Shown here: piece after piece, positions 57,142-64,000 of the stretch | Layout of the letters: each line of letters starts with the position of its first letter | How positions within the stretch are numbered: position 1 is the stretch's first letter | Assembly (NCBI GenBank): GCA_001784285.1 | Contig: MFQC01000003.1 | Location: 221,517 to 285,516 of the forward strand | From: Candidatus Magasanikbacteria bacterium RIFCSPHIGHO2_02_FULL_48_18 | GTDB lineage: Bacteria; Patescibacteriota; Patescibacteriia; Magasanikbacterales; UBA922 | DNA length: 64,000 nucleotides | Direction: 5' to 3' | Program-made: the position numbers and the translations under genes | The notes under the pieces: model-generated | What the model was told of the DNA's origin: nothing | The model's input: only the letters and a program-made list of their open reading frames with translations | The model's database searches: none

Positions 57142-58629
57142 TTACGAAACTCTCTTTTTTTGAGATACATTAAACCCTAAATATTTTCCAAACATCATGT
57201 GCGTCGCGGCGTCAATCGCGGGAATCGCGCTCATAAAGATAAGAGTAATCGGCAATAACGCCCATTGAAAAAACATAATGAGGTATTTGTGCGGCGGGTG
57301 GGAATGCGGACGCGGGGGCAAGAGCGGCACGCTTAACACTGCTGAACACACCATGCCAAGCATCGCCGACCCCATAAGCCAGGAAAGCATATGCGGCGTA
57401 TTGATAAACAGGGCGCTTTCCTTAACCCAATCCGGCGCCACCCATAGCGGCAGACGGCCGATAATGGTAATAAGCAACGCCACAAGCGCCCATGACCATT
57501 TTCCTTCCCACTCCACAAATACCCACTTGGCTTTTTTCCAAAATGGAATCGCTTTTCCTTTTTTTCGAAATTCCCACAATAAATATGGAATGTGTTCGCT
57601 CCCCCATGCCCAGCGGCGCTGTTGTTTGTATAAATTCTTTACACTCTGCCACCATGTATCATCTCGGACCGTATCCATGGAAACCGGAATATACATCGGC
57701 GTCACTTCGTACTCGCCATTATACGCCAAAAAACATTGGTAGAAAATGCGCGAGTCTTCGCTCACAATGCGCTTTTCATGATACCCTGCGTCTACAATCG
57801 CACGAAAGCTCATGGAGTGCGAAGAAAATGTGACGAGCGAATCTTGCCTCGCATGCGACGTCATCATCCAAAAGGTCGTTCCAAACGCCATGATGCGAAG
57901 CATGGCCGGCGACTCCCACATATTATTATTATAGAGCGCGATGGGTTGGAAAGAAGAACGGGTAGGGTTGGGATGCGTGCAATAGAGATAGGTAAGGTAT
58001 GCAAAATACTGCGCGTGGCAAACCGTATCAATATCAAAAATCGTCGCAACAGTCGTCGCGTAGTCCCATCCTTTTTTATCAATATACTCTTTCATCTGTC
58101 GTTCGGCATAATGAAGATTTGACCCTTTCCCCGGAATTTCGTCCGGAAGGTCTGTCGGGTGGCAGGTCCCCACAATATCAAAAAAACAATCGCCAAAGGT
58201 CTCGCGGATATGCTGAAAAATGGATTCATAATGCATTTTCTTTTTTTCTTCGCCGGCAACCACGATAACAAATTTTTTTCGGTCATACGCCGCGTTGCAA
58301 ATACTTTGAATGGCGGTTTTGACGACCGTCCAGGATTCATCATACAATGTAAGAAACACCACATGCCGGATGGTTTCCCATTTTGGCGCTTCCTCTTTCA
58401 TTTTTTTCTTCCAATCAATTTTTTTTACGACCGAAAACCGCCGCCAGGAAACCATAAGATAAAACGAAAAATTCAAAACGCGCAAAACCCAATACAAATC
58501 AAAGACAATGACAAAATAAATCATCCAAAGCGGCCGGACAAACGACAACACAATGGTGCCAATGAGGGTAAGCCAAATAGAAAGTCCGGGAAGAATTTCG
58601 TAAATGCGATAGCGGGTGTAGTCGGACAT
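57142..58629 (-). CDS. membrane glycosyltransferase family 2 (processive, cellulose-synthase-like)
   Basis: Multi-TM protein. QQRRWAWG (QxxRW) motif. DxD region. Confidence 0.8.
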   Translation of the reverse strand: MSDYTRYRIYEILPGLSIWLTLIGTIVLSFVRPLWMIYFVIVFDLYWVLRVLNFSFYLMVSWRRFSVVKKIDWKKKMKEEAPKWETIRHVVFLTLYDESWTVVKTAIQSICNAAYDRKKFVIVVAGEEKKKMHYESIFQHIRETFGDCFFDIVGTCHPTDLPDEIPGKGSNLHYAERQMKEYIDKKGWDYATTVATIFDIDTVCHAQYFAYLTYLYCTHPNPTRSSFQPIALYNNNMWESPAMLRIMAFGTTFWMMTSHARQDSLVTFSSHSMSFRAIVDAGYHEKRIVSEDSRIFYQCFLAYNGEYEVTPMYIPVSMDTVRDDTWWQSVKNLYKQQRRWAWGSEHIPYLLWEFRKKGKAIPFWKKAKWVFVEWEGKWSWALVALLITIIGRLPLWVAPDWVKESALFINTPHMLSWLMGSAMLGMVCSAVLSVPLLPPRPHSHPPHKYLIMFFQWALLPITLIFMSAIPAIDAATHMMFGKYLGFNVSQKKRVS

Positions 58630-58636
58630 AACTTAG

Positions 58637-58918
58637 CTAACTCAGAACCACTTCAAACGTATCAACGCTCTTTTCATCGATATTTTTCCACTGTTCTTCA
58701 ACACGCACAACCGCCGCCAACTCCGGGCCTTTTTTGCACCAATCACGAAGATTCTCGAGCGCGTCTTTTGGCCCTTCGGCAACCGCCTCAACCGTGCCAT
58801 CGGAACAATTTTTAACAAAACCAACAAGACCAAGACCGCGCGCGTAATCCCGGGTGCTGTCTCGAAAAAAAACTCCCTGAACGATTCCATGGATACGGAG
58901 GGTAATACGATAGAGCAT
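58637..58918 (-). CDS. acyP: acylphosphatase
   Basis: HGIVQGVFFR signature. Confidence 0.85.
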   Translation of the reverse strand: MLYRITLRIHGIVQGVFFRDSTRDYARGLGLVGFVKNCSDGTVEAVAEGPKDALENLRDWCKKGPELAAVVRVEEQWKNIDEKSVDTFEVVLS

Positions 58919-58939
58919 AAAGGAAACTTCTCCTATTTT

Positions 58940-59211
58940 ACGGGAAAAAAGGTGATTTGTCTATTTGACGTCAAACGTCGGACGCCTACTGGCAAGGCAG
59001 GCCAAACAATCAGTACTATTGTATTGATTGACAAACGCTCAATGTTATGATACAAAACCAAATCCAAAAAAAGACCGTTTTGGTCCATTTTGGGTGTGTT
59101 CTTTAAAAAAAGACATGGCGTGCCATGAGAAGACTTTTCTCTTTTCATGGGACGCTGTGTCAAAACTGACATGGCAATGTGAAGGCTTCGAAAGAAAAGA
59201 GGAGAAACGCC
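58940..59211 (+). promoter_or_regulatory. regulatory region of the M20 cassette: TTGATT-16-TATGAT promoter, palindromes TTGACGTCAA and CATGGC-gt-GCCATG, SD aaGAGGAGa
   Basis: Read directly from the sequence. SD is 8 nt before the ATG at 59212. Confidence 0.4.
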
Positions 59212-60384
59212 ATGGCTACGAAGAACATCGCCGCCGCCGTCCGCCACGTCCTTCCCGCCACCCGCGGATTCGCATTCCACCTCCACCGCGAGCCGGAGCT
59301 CTCCTGGGGCGAGGTGAGGACCATGGACAAGGTGACCGAGGCGATCGTGAACCACTTCACGGAGGCCAGGATCGTCCGGTGGAAGTCCGGATTCTGGACT
59401 GACGTGGTTGTCAACCCGGACGATCCGACGCTCACCATGTTTCGGGCCGACATGGACGCCCTCCCTGTCCAAGAGGCCACCGGCCTGCCCTACTCGAGTC
59501 GTATCCAGGGCGTCATGCACGCCTGCGGACACGACTTCCACACGGCCGGGCTCCTCGGCGCCTACCGCGCGATTGCCCGCGGCCTGGTCAGGCCAACCCG
59601 AAACATCCGGTTCGTGTTCCAGGCGGCCGAGGAATCCCCGGAGTCCGGGGCCAAGGCCATGATCGAGGAATGCGTTCTCGAGAACGTCGTCTCGGCCCAC
59701 GGCGCCCATGTCTGGCCGTACGCGCCGGTCGGTACCGCGCTGTGCCGGCCGGGGCCAATGATGGCCAACCCGGGTGTGCTCCGGCTCAAAATCCGGTCGG
59801 CCGGCGGCCACGTGGCCGATCCGGAGCACGGTTCGGGTGCTCTCCGCGGGGCGGTGTGCGCGATCTGGGGGCTCCTGTCGTCCCAGTTCAACGTGGTCCC
59901 CGAGGGCCAGCCGTTCGTGCTGGAGCCGGTCCAGTGCCAGGCTGGAGACGGTGTCGTCACCAATGTCCTCCCCTCGGAGGCAACGTTGGTGTTCAACATC
60001 CGGCATTTCCTGGTAGGGGACCAGCGCGACCTGCTCCAGGCCGCGATCGAGGGGGTGATCCGCACCTCGGTCGCGAAGGTCCCGGGCGCCGAGGTCGCCG
60101 ATCTCTCCTTCCAGTGGGGCGCGCCGGCACTTCACAACACGCCCGAGGACGTGGAGCGGGTCGGGGCGCTCCTCGGCGCCCAGGGGCTGACCGTCAAGGA
60201 GATGGCCCCGATCCTCGGGGCCGAGGACTTCTCCTACTTCCTCGGCGAGCGGCCCGGCTCATTCTGGTTCTTCGGTGCCCACACCGAGGGCACGGGGCCG
60301 ATCCACAGCCCCACCTTCGTGTGCAACCCGAAGGTCCTCCAGGGCCTCATCGCCTACTGGCTCGCGCTCGCGACCGCTCCGTAG
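59212..60384 (+). CDS. M20D-family amidohydrolase (hippurate hydrolase / N-acyl-amino acid amidohydrolase-like), high-GC foreign gene
   Basis: HACGHD, GAEDFS motifs. Roughly 65% GC with strong GC3 bias. ORF track starts at 59179, but the SD supports 59212. Confidence 0.85.
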   Translation: MATKNIAAAVRHVLPATRGFAFHLHREPELSWGEVRTMDKVTEAIVNHFTEARIVRWKSGFWTDVVVNPDDPTLTMFRADMDALPVQEATGLPYSSRIQGVMHACGHDFHTAGLLGAYRAIARGLVRPTRNIRFVFQAAEESPESGAKAMIEECVLENVVSAHGAHVWPYAPVGTALCRPGPMMANPGVLRLKIRSAGGHVADPEHGSGALRGAVCAIWGLLSSQFNVVPEGQPFVLEPVQCQAGDGVVTNVLPSEATLVFNIRHFLVGDQRDLLQAAIEGVIRTSVAKVPGAEVADLSFQWGAPALHNTPEDVERVGALLGAQGLTVKEMAPILGAEDFSYFLGERPGSFWFFGAHTEGTGPIHSPTFVCNPKVLQGLIAYWLALATAP

Positions 60385-60431
60385 GGCGGGCCAGTCCAGC
60401 GACAGGGGGGAACAAAAAGGGGGAAAAGGAA

Positions 60432-60490
60432 ACGCCCTCGTTGGTCACTGATCACGCACGATCATACCAACGAGGGCGTCTGTGTTTTTT
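60432..60490 (+). terminator. Rho-independent terminator of the M20 gene
   Basis: 14-bp stem acgccctcgttggt / accaacgagggcgt followed by a TTTTTT run. Confidence 0.7.
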
Positions 60491-60850
60491 ATCCTGAGCG
60501 AGCCCGCCGATAGGCGGACGAGTCGAAGGATCCTGTTTCAGATAGGATCCCGTTTCAGACAGAACGCTAAAAAGATTTTTCATCTGAGGATTCATCTTTT
60601 CAACCAAATCTATTTTTTTCTTTCTCGTCCACCCTTTCAATTGTTTCTCCCGGGCAGTTGCTTCTTCCGGAGAAAAATATTTTTCAAAATATATCAAGAT
60701 ATCAATATTGTATTTTGCAGTGAATGAATGTTTCTTTTGTTTCCTTACATGTTCACTAAATCTTCTTTTCAAATTATTGGTAACGCCAATATATAAAACT
60801 GTTTTTCGTCTGTTGGTCATTATGTATGTATAATAATATTTTCCACACAT
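60452..60850 (-). CDS. small GIY-YIG nuclease family protein
   Basis: YYTYIMTNRRKTVLYIGVTNNLKRRFSEH is a GIY-YIG motif. Strong SD aaGGGAGGg. The C-terminal tail is read through the opposite-strand terminator, so the real stop is probably earlier. Confidence 0.7.
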   Translation of the reverse strand: MCGKYYYTYIMTNRRKTVLYIGVTNNLKRRFSEHVRKQKKHSFTAKYNIDILIYFEKYFSPEEATAREKQLKGWTRKKKIDLVEKMNPQMKNLFSVLSETGSYLKQDPSTRPPIGGLAQDKKHRRPRWYDRA

Positions 60851-60874
60851 AAACCCTCCCTTTTTAATAGTCTA

Positions 60875-60946
60875 TTTCATCGGGATCCTTCGTCCCGCTT
60901 TCATCGGGATCCTTCGTCCCGCTTTCATCGGAATCCTTCGTCCCGC
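60875..60946. repeat. 3 x 24-bp tandem direct repeat tttcatcgg(g/a)atccttcgtcccgc, each able to form a cggga-N7-tcccg hairpin
   Basis: Units at 60875, 60899 and 60923, with one mismatch in the third. Followed by hairpin gtcccgcc-atcc-ggcgggac at 60940-60959. Confidence 0.8.
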
Positions 60947-60959
60947 CATCCGGCGGGAC

Positions 60960-61904
60960 TCAGGATAAAACTTCAATCCCCAACAAATACGTCACGACCG
61001 CAACCGCCACTTCTCGATACGGCGCGTACTTCATATGAAGAGACCTCGGATCCGGATCAACATCTTCGTTGACTTCGCCGCAACGCGGGGTAATCACGAC
61101 CAGTTGCGCGTCGTCTCGCATCATTTTCATTTTTTCACGATTCACCGGCACAAATGTTTTTTTCACGTGCTCGGTTAATTCCGGCGACAATGCCGATCCG
61201 CCGGCTTTGGTGAGAATGAGGGCGTCGACATCGCCGATAAAATTATCCAATGTGTCGTACGTCAAATTTTTTAATCCGTTTTGTTTTGCTGCGTCAACGG
61301 TTTCTTGTTTTATTGGAAATTTGCCGCCAAGGTCATCAATAACCAAATCAACGCCATAATGACCAAGAACCGGAATAAGCGACGTACAGCATCGGCCTCC
61401 CCCGCTTTTCGCGCCGGGTGTTCCGTAGATCCCAATTTTCATTCCTTGAAGCGGACGCTTCATGTGATACGTCATTTGCGCCAACAGCATAATACCGGCC
61501 AACGCGTGCTCGCGCGTTCCGGATCCGCCGTTAATAATGGGAATGCTCGACACCCGCGCCGCGCGCTCGGCCGCGTCGTCCTCGGGATGGCGCATGAGAA
61601 GACAATCAACAAATGACCCATACGTCACGATCAAATCTTCCCACGTTTCGCTTTTTCCAAGGGTTTCGTCTTTACCGATCGAGGACTCCGCAAAACCCAC
61701 CCATCCGCCGCCCGCGCGGATCATGCCGGATTGAAACGCGGTCATGGTGCGGATAGAGGTTTGCATAATGAGTGTGGCAATCACTTTGCCCTGGAGCAAT
61801 GTTGGCGGAATACCTTCATCAACAAATTTTTTTGTTCGACGAAGCAATTCGTCATAGCCCACCCTATCAATATCGCGGGCCGAAATAAAATGGTTTGGAG
61901 GCAT
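60960..61904 (-). CDS. aspartate/ornithine carbamoyltransferase-fold protein, divergent motifs
   Basis: MQTSIRTMTAF (compare STRTR), RHPED (compare HPxQ), ITPRCGE (compare HCLP). Both CP-binding and second-domain regions present, but non-canonical. Confidence 0.6.
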   Translation of the reverse strand: MPPNHFISARDIDRVGYDELLRRTKKFVDEGIPPTLLQGKVIATLIMQTSIRTMTAFQSGMIRAGGGWVGFAESSIGKDETLGKSETWEDLIVTYGSFVDCLLMRHPEDDAAERAARVSSIPIINGGSGTREHALAGIMLLAQMTYHMKRPLQGMKIGIYGTPGAKSGGGRCCTSLIPVLGHYGVDLVIDDLGGKFPIKQETVDAAKQNGLKNLTYDTLDNFIGDVDALILTKAGGSALSPELTEHVKKTFVPVNREKMKMMRDDAQLVVITPRCGEVNEDVDPDPRSLHMKYAPYREVAVAVVTYLLGIEVLS

Positions 61905-61983
61905 ATAAAATAATTAAAAAATAGAAAGCAATATACAATCCCCGACATTGTGGTACCAGTATACCCGGCTTTCGTAAAGAGGA

Positions 61984-63396
61984 CTATATCTTCTTTATGG
62001 TTCCTTTTTCCGCATCCACCTCAACCATATCGCCATCATGAAATATTTTTGTTGCATTTTTAGTGCCAATAACGCATGGAATTTGGAGTTCTCTTGAAAC
62101 AATCGCCGCGTGGCAGACAACACCCCCTTCGTCGGTGACAATGGCGCCTGCTTTGCGTATCCCAACCATGTACTCCGGATGGGTCATGGACGCCACAAGA
62201 ATTTCACCGTCCCGCAACAAACGAATATCTTTGGCATGTTGAATAATGCGCACACGGCCCCGGGCATTGCCAGGAAACGCGGACCTCCCACGGACGGTTT
62301 CTTTCCCGTCTTTCTCAAAATAATCCGGAATCAATTCCGCGAGAAATTGATCCCGCGCGTTTGGCTCGGCAATGACCGTGGTGTTCTTTTTTTGGAAATG
62401 CGTAATATACATCTCTTTCAAACGGTGATGCAGTATTTCCTCTTCCAAGACTCTCCCCGTCTCGCACGCATAAATAATCTCTTTTTTGGTTAAGTGCCCC
62501 GCAGAGCCGGACGGGAGCTGAAAATACCGTTCAAAGGCTCTATAAAATGGCGCGGCATTCATGAGTCCCCATTTATATCGGTCAATGCGTTCGGTGCGCA
62601 AAAAAACGTACATATGAATGGTGCGCGCCAGCTCGTACAACACCGGATCATCATGACGCAAGCGAGAAAAAATATGTTCTATTTTTTGACGCGTCTGTTC
62701 TCTCCCATCGCGCATCTCACGGAGCGCATCACGGGGATCGGCATATTCGGCAATAAGCCCCTCCAATTCTTTTTCGGTCCAGTATCGGTCATTCACAGAA
62801 TACCCATTGAGGTGGCCAAACTGCTGTTGTAATTGTTGAAGCCTTTCTCTGTCTCCTCCCGTTATTTTCCATTCAAGAAGCCCTTCAATCAATTGGTGCA
62901 TTTGTATGGATTCCGATGGCAACGCAAGTGTGTCGTATATAGCCTGCCAATCCGCATACCATTTTTGAAGGAGATCCCGCAATCGATCCTCAAGCACATA
63001 GGTAATAGACCAAGGAAACCATATATACGGCACATACCTGTCCCACACACGTGTAAACACTTCATAGAGGGGGAGGAGATTGTTTCCCCATCCATCCTCC
63101 GCGGCAGAACGCAATTCCAGGACAGCCCGCTCTATCACAGCCCAATCCTCTTCAAACGCCGACCGGTGCCGATCAATCGACCAGTCAGGGCGGTCAACAA
63201 GGCTTGCCCATGCATTCATCAGCCGTAAAAATTCCTTTTCCACATACCATGCTTCCCACTTTCCTCCCGTCCCAACATAAATTACTGTGCTTAATGGCGT
63301 TGGCGACATGCGCAGTGCGGGAGCAACCAAGGAAATTTCCATGTCTTGCGTTCTGGTGGGACGGGTATAAATGCGTATGAATCGTTTGTGTGTCAT
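61984..63396 (-). CDS. PEP-utilizer swivel (phosphohistidine) domain protein with Trp-rich uncharacterised N-terminal domain (paralog 2)
   Basis: C-terminus GEILVASMTHPEYMVGIRKAGAIVTDEGGVVCHAAIVSRELQIPCVIG. Overlaps the next gene by 4 nt. Confidence 0.8.
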   Translation of the reverse strand: MTHKRFIRIYTRPTRTQDMEISLVAPALRMSPTPLSTVIYVGTGGKWEAWYVEKEFLRLMNAWASLVDRPDWSIDRHRSAFEEDWAVIERAVLELRSAAEDGWGNNLLPLYEVFTRVWDRYVPYIWFPWSITYVLEDRLRDLLQKWYADWQAIYDTLALPSESIQMHQLIEGLLEWKITGGDRERLQQLQQQFGHLNGYSVNDRYWTEKELEGLIAEYADPRDALREMRDGREQTRQKIEHIFSRLRHDDPVLYELARTIHMYVFLRTERIDRYKWGLMNAAPFYRAFERYFQLPSGSAGHLTKKEIIYACETGRVLEEEILHHRLKEMYITHFQKKNTTVIAEPNARDQFLAELIPDYFEKDGKETVRGRSAFPGNARGRVRIIQHAKDIRLLRDGEILVASMTHPEYMVGIRKAGAIVTDEGGVVCHAAIVSRELQIPCVIGTKNATKIFHDGDMVEVDAEKGTIKKI

Positions 63397-64000
63397 AGTT
63401 TTGAAATTTGTTTTTTAATACTGCCATTTTCAGCGTCGACAATAACGGATTCTCCGCTTGCAAAAATCTCCATTGCGTTTTTCACGCCCACGATGCACGG
63501 AATATTCAACTCCCGAGAAATCACTGCCGCGTGCGAGGTCATGCCTCCTTGTTCGGCGACAATCGCCGCCGCTTTTTTCATGAGGGGGAGAAAATCCGGC
63601 GTCGTCTGGTTGGTAACAAGGATATCACCCCTCTCAAAGGAGTCAAATTGATCGCTTCCCAAAACCACGCGAACCGTCCCCGCCGCGCGTCCTCGGGATG
63701 CCGGCGTTCCTTTGGCTTCTTGAAGCATATGATAATCCTGAAAAAAATGAGCGAGGTCAATACCCTCAAGATCTTTTCGCAACAGAAGCGCGCACCCCTG
63801 CCTGTCAAACAATGCCAAACAGCCCTCGCGCCGTTCTGCGGCAAGAGAACGGAATGCGTCTGGATCGCGCAACAAATCTTTCAGCTCAAAAAACATGATA
63901 TAGCGTATAAGCTCGGGATCAAAACCAATCCGCCGCGCCAATTCATCAAGATAAAAAAATAAAAAATAATTTAACCGTAACACCACTTGCTTCCGACAAT
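63393..64000 (-). CDS. PEP-utilizer swivel domain protein (paralog 3), 5' end runs off the window
   Basis: C-terminus GDILVTNQTTPDFLPLMKKAAAIVAEQGGMTSHAAVISRELNIPCIVG. The listed ORF starts with GTG at 63986, but the frame stays open to 64000. Confidence 0.7.
   Translation of the reverse strand, partial: CRKQVVLRLNYFLFFYLDELARRIGFDPELIRYIMFFELKDLLRDPDAFRSLAAERREGCLALFDRQGCALLLRKDLEGIDLAHFFQDYHMLQEAKGTPASRGRAAGTVRVVLGSDQFDSFERGDILVTNQTTPDFLPLMKKAAAIVAEQGGMTSHAAVISRELNIPCIVGVKNAMEIFASGESVIVDAENGSIKKQISKL

Noticed and set aside
58933-60135. 400-aa minus-strand ORF antisense to the M20 gene. Similarly 40390-41217(+), 41281-42003(+), 28870-29196(-) and 28889-29200(+) in the other GC-rich blocks.
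   Set aside because: Long stop-free antisense frames are expected in high-GC DNA. The opposite-strand ORFs carry clear family motifs and GC3 bias, while these are Arg/Pro/Gly-rich with no motifs.
60875-60946. Possible CRISPR array
   Set aside because: Only three 24-bp units that are directly adjacent, with no spacers, and no cas genes in the window.

Overview
The window reads as a low-GC (roughly 45% by eye) chromosome segment with a Candidate-Phyla-Radiation / Patescibacteria-like gene content. Genes are short, tightly packed and mostly minus-strand housekeeping. Recognisable ones are mnmA, rpoD-dnaG, argG/argH, two riboflavin loci (ribE-ribH-riboflavin kinase, and ribBA-ribD), mraZ-rsmH-ftsL, tpiA, glyQS, dtd, frr, holB, mreB, a ClpC-like AAA+ chaperone, and an oxidative-stress cluster (DsbA-like, TlpA-like, peroxiredoxin, Fe/Mn SOD). 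There are many glycosyltransferases and DUF families (DUF4012, DUF2304, DUF192, DUF378, DUF4349), and three tRNAs: Thr-GGT on plus, Tyr-GTA and Thr-TGT on minus. No rRNA or CRISPR array was found.

Features that stand out:
(1) A 9-gene co-directional operon (2359-10968) encodes a pyruvate-phosphate-dikinase N-terminal ATP-binding domain (PPDK_N) as a stand-alone protein, separate from a 'DUF + PEP-utilizer phosphohistidine swivel domain' protein. These sit with a GspS-like ATP-grasp ligase, a class-I glutamine amidotransferase/C26-like hydrolase, a HAD phosphatase, a 64-aa protein, Nnr and a TraD/VirD4-like ATPase. I read this as a candidate split PEP-synthase / rifampin-phosphotransferase-like small-molecule phosphotransferase system. 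Two more swivel-domain paralogs sit in tandem at the window end.
(2) A second ligase/hydrolase pair (ATP-grasp + NlpC/P60-like) lies at 35564-37569.
(3) Four compositionally foreign high-GC segments have strong GC3 codon bias: a 119-aa gene (28863-29222), a gene remnant directly abutting the tRNA-Thr 3' end (37813-37978), an aminotransferase abutting the tRNA-Tyr 3' end (40495-41949), and an M20 amidohydrolase cassette with its own promoter, palindromes and terminator (59212-60384) next to a GIY-YIG nuclease gene.
(4) A family of G-rich perfect hairpins (GGGGAGG..CCTCCCC, one with a GNRA loop) plus 12-nt direct repeats flank a DUF559 endonuclease gene.
(5) A TACGAA/TTCGTA repeat element occurs in two copies flanking argG.
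(6) A 3 x 24-bp tandem hairpin repeat lies between a divergent carbamoyltransferase-like gene and the GIY-YIG gene.
(7) There is an internally duplicated zinc-ribbon protein and a frameshifted nitrilase-family gene.

All protein family calls come from motif recognition by eye. No database search was run.
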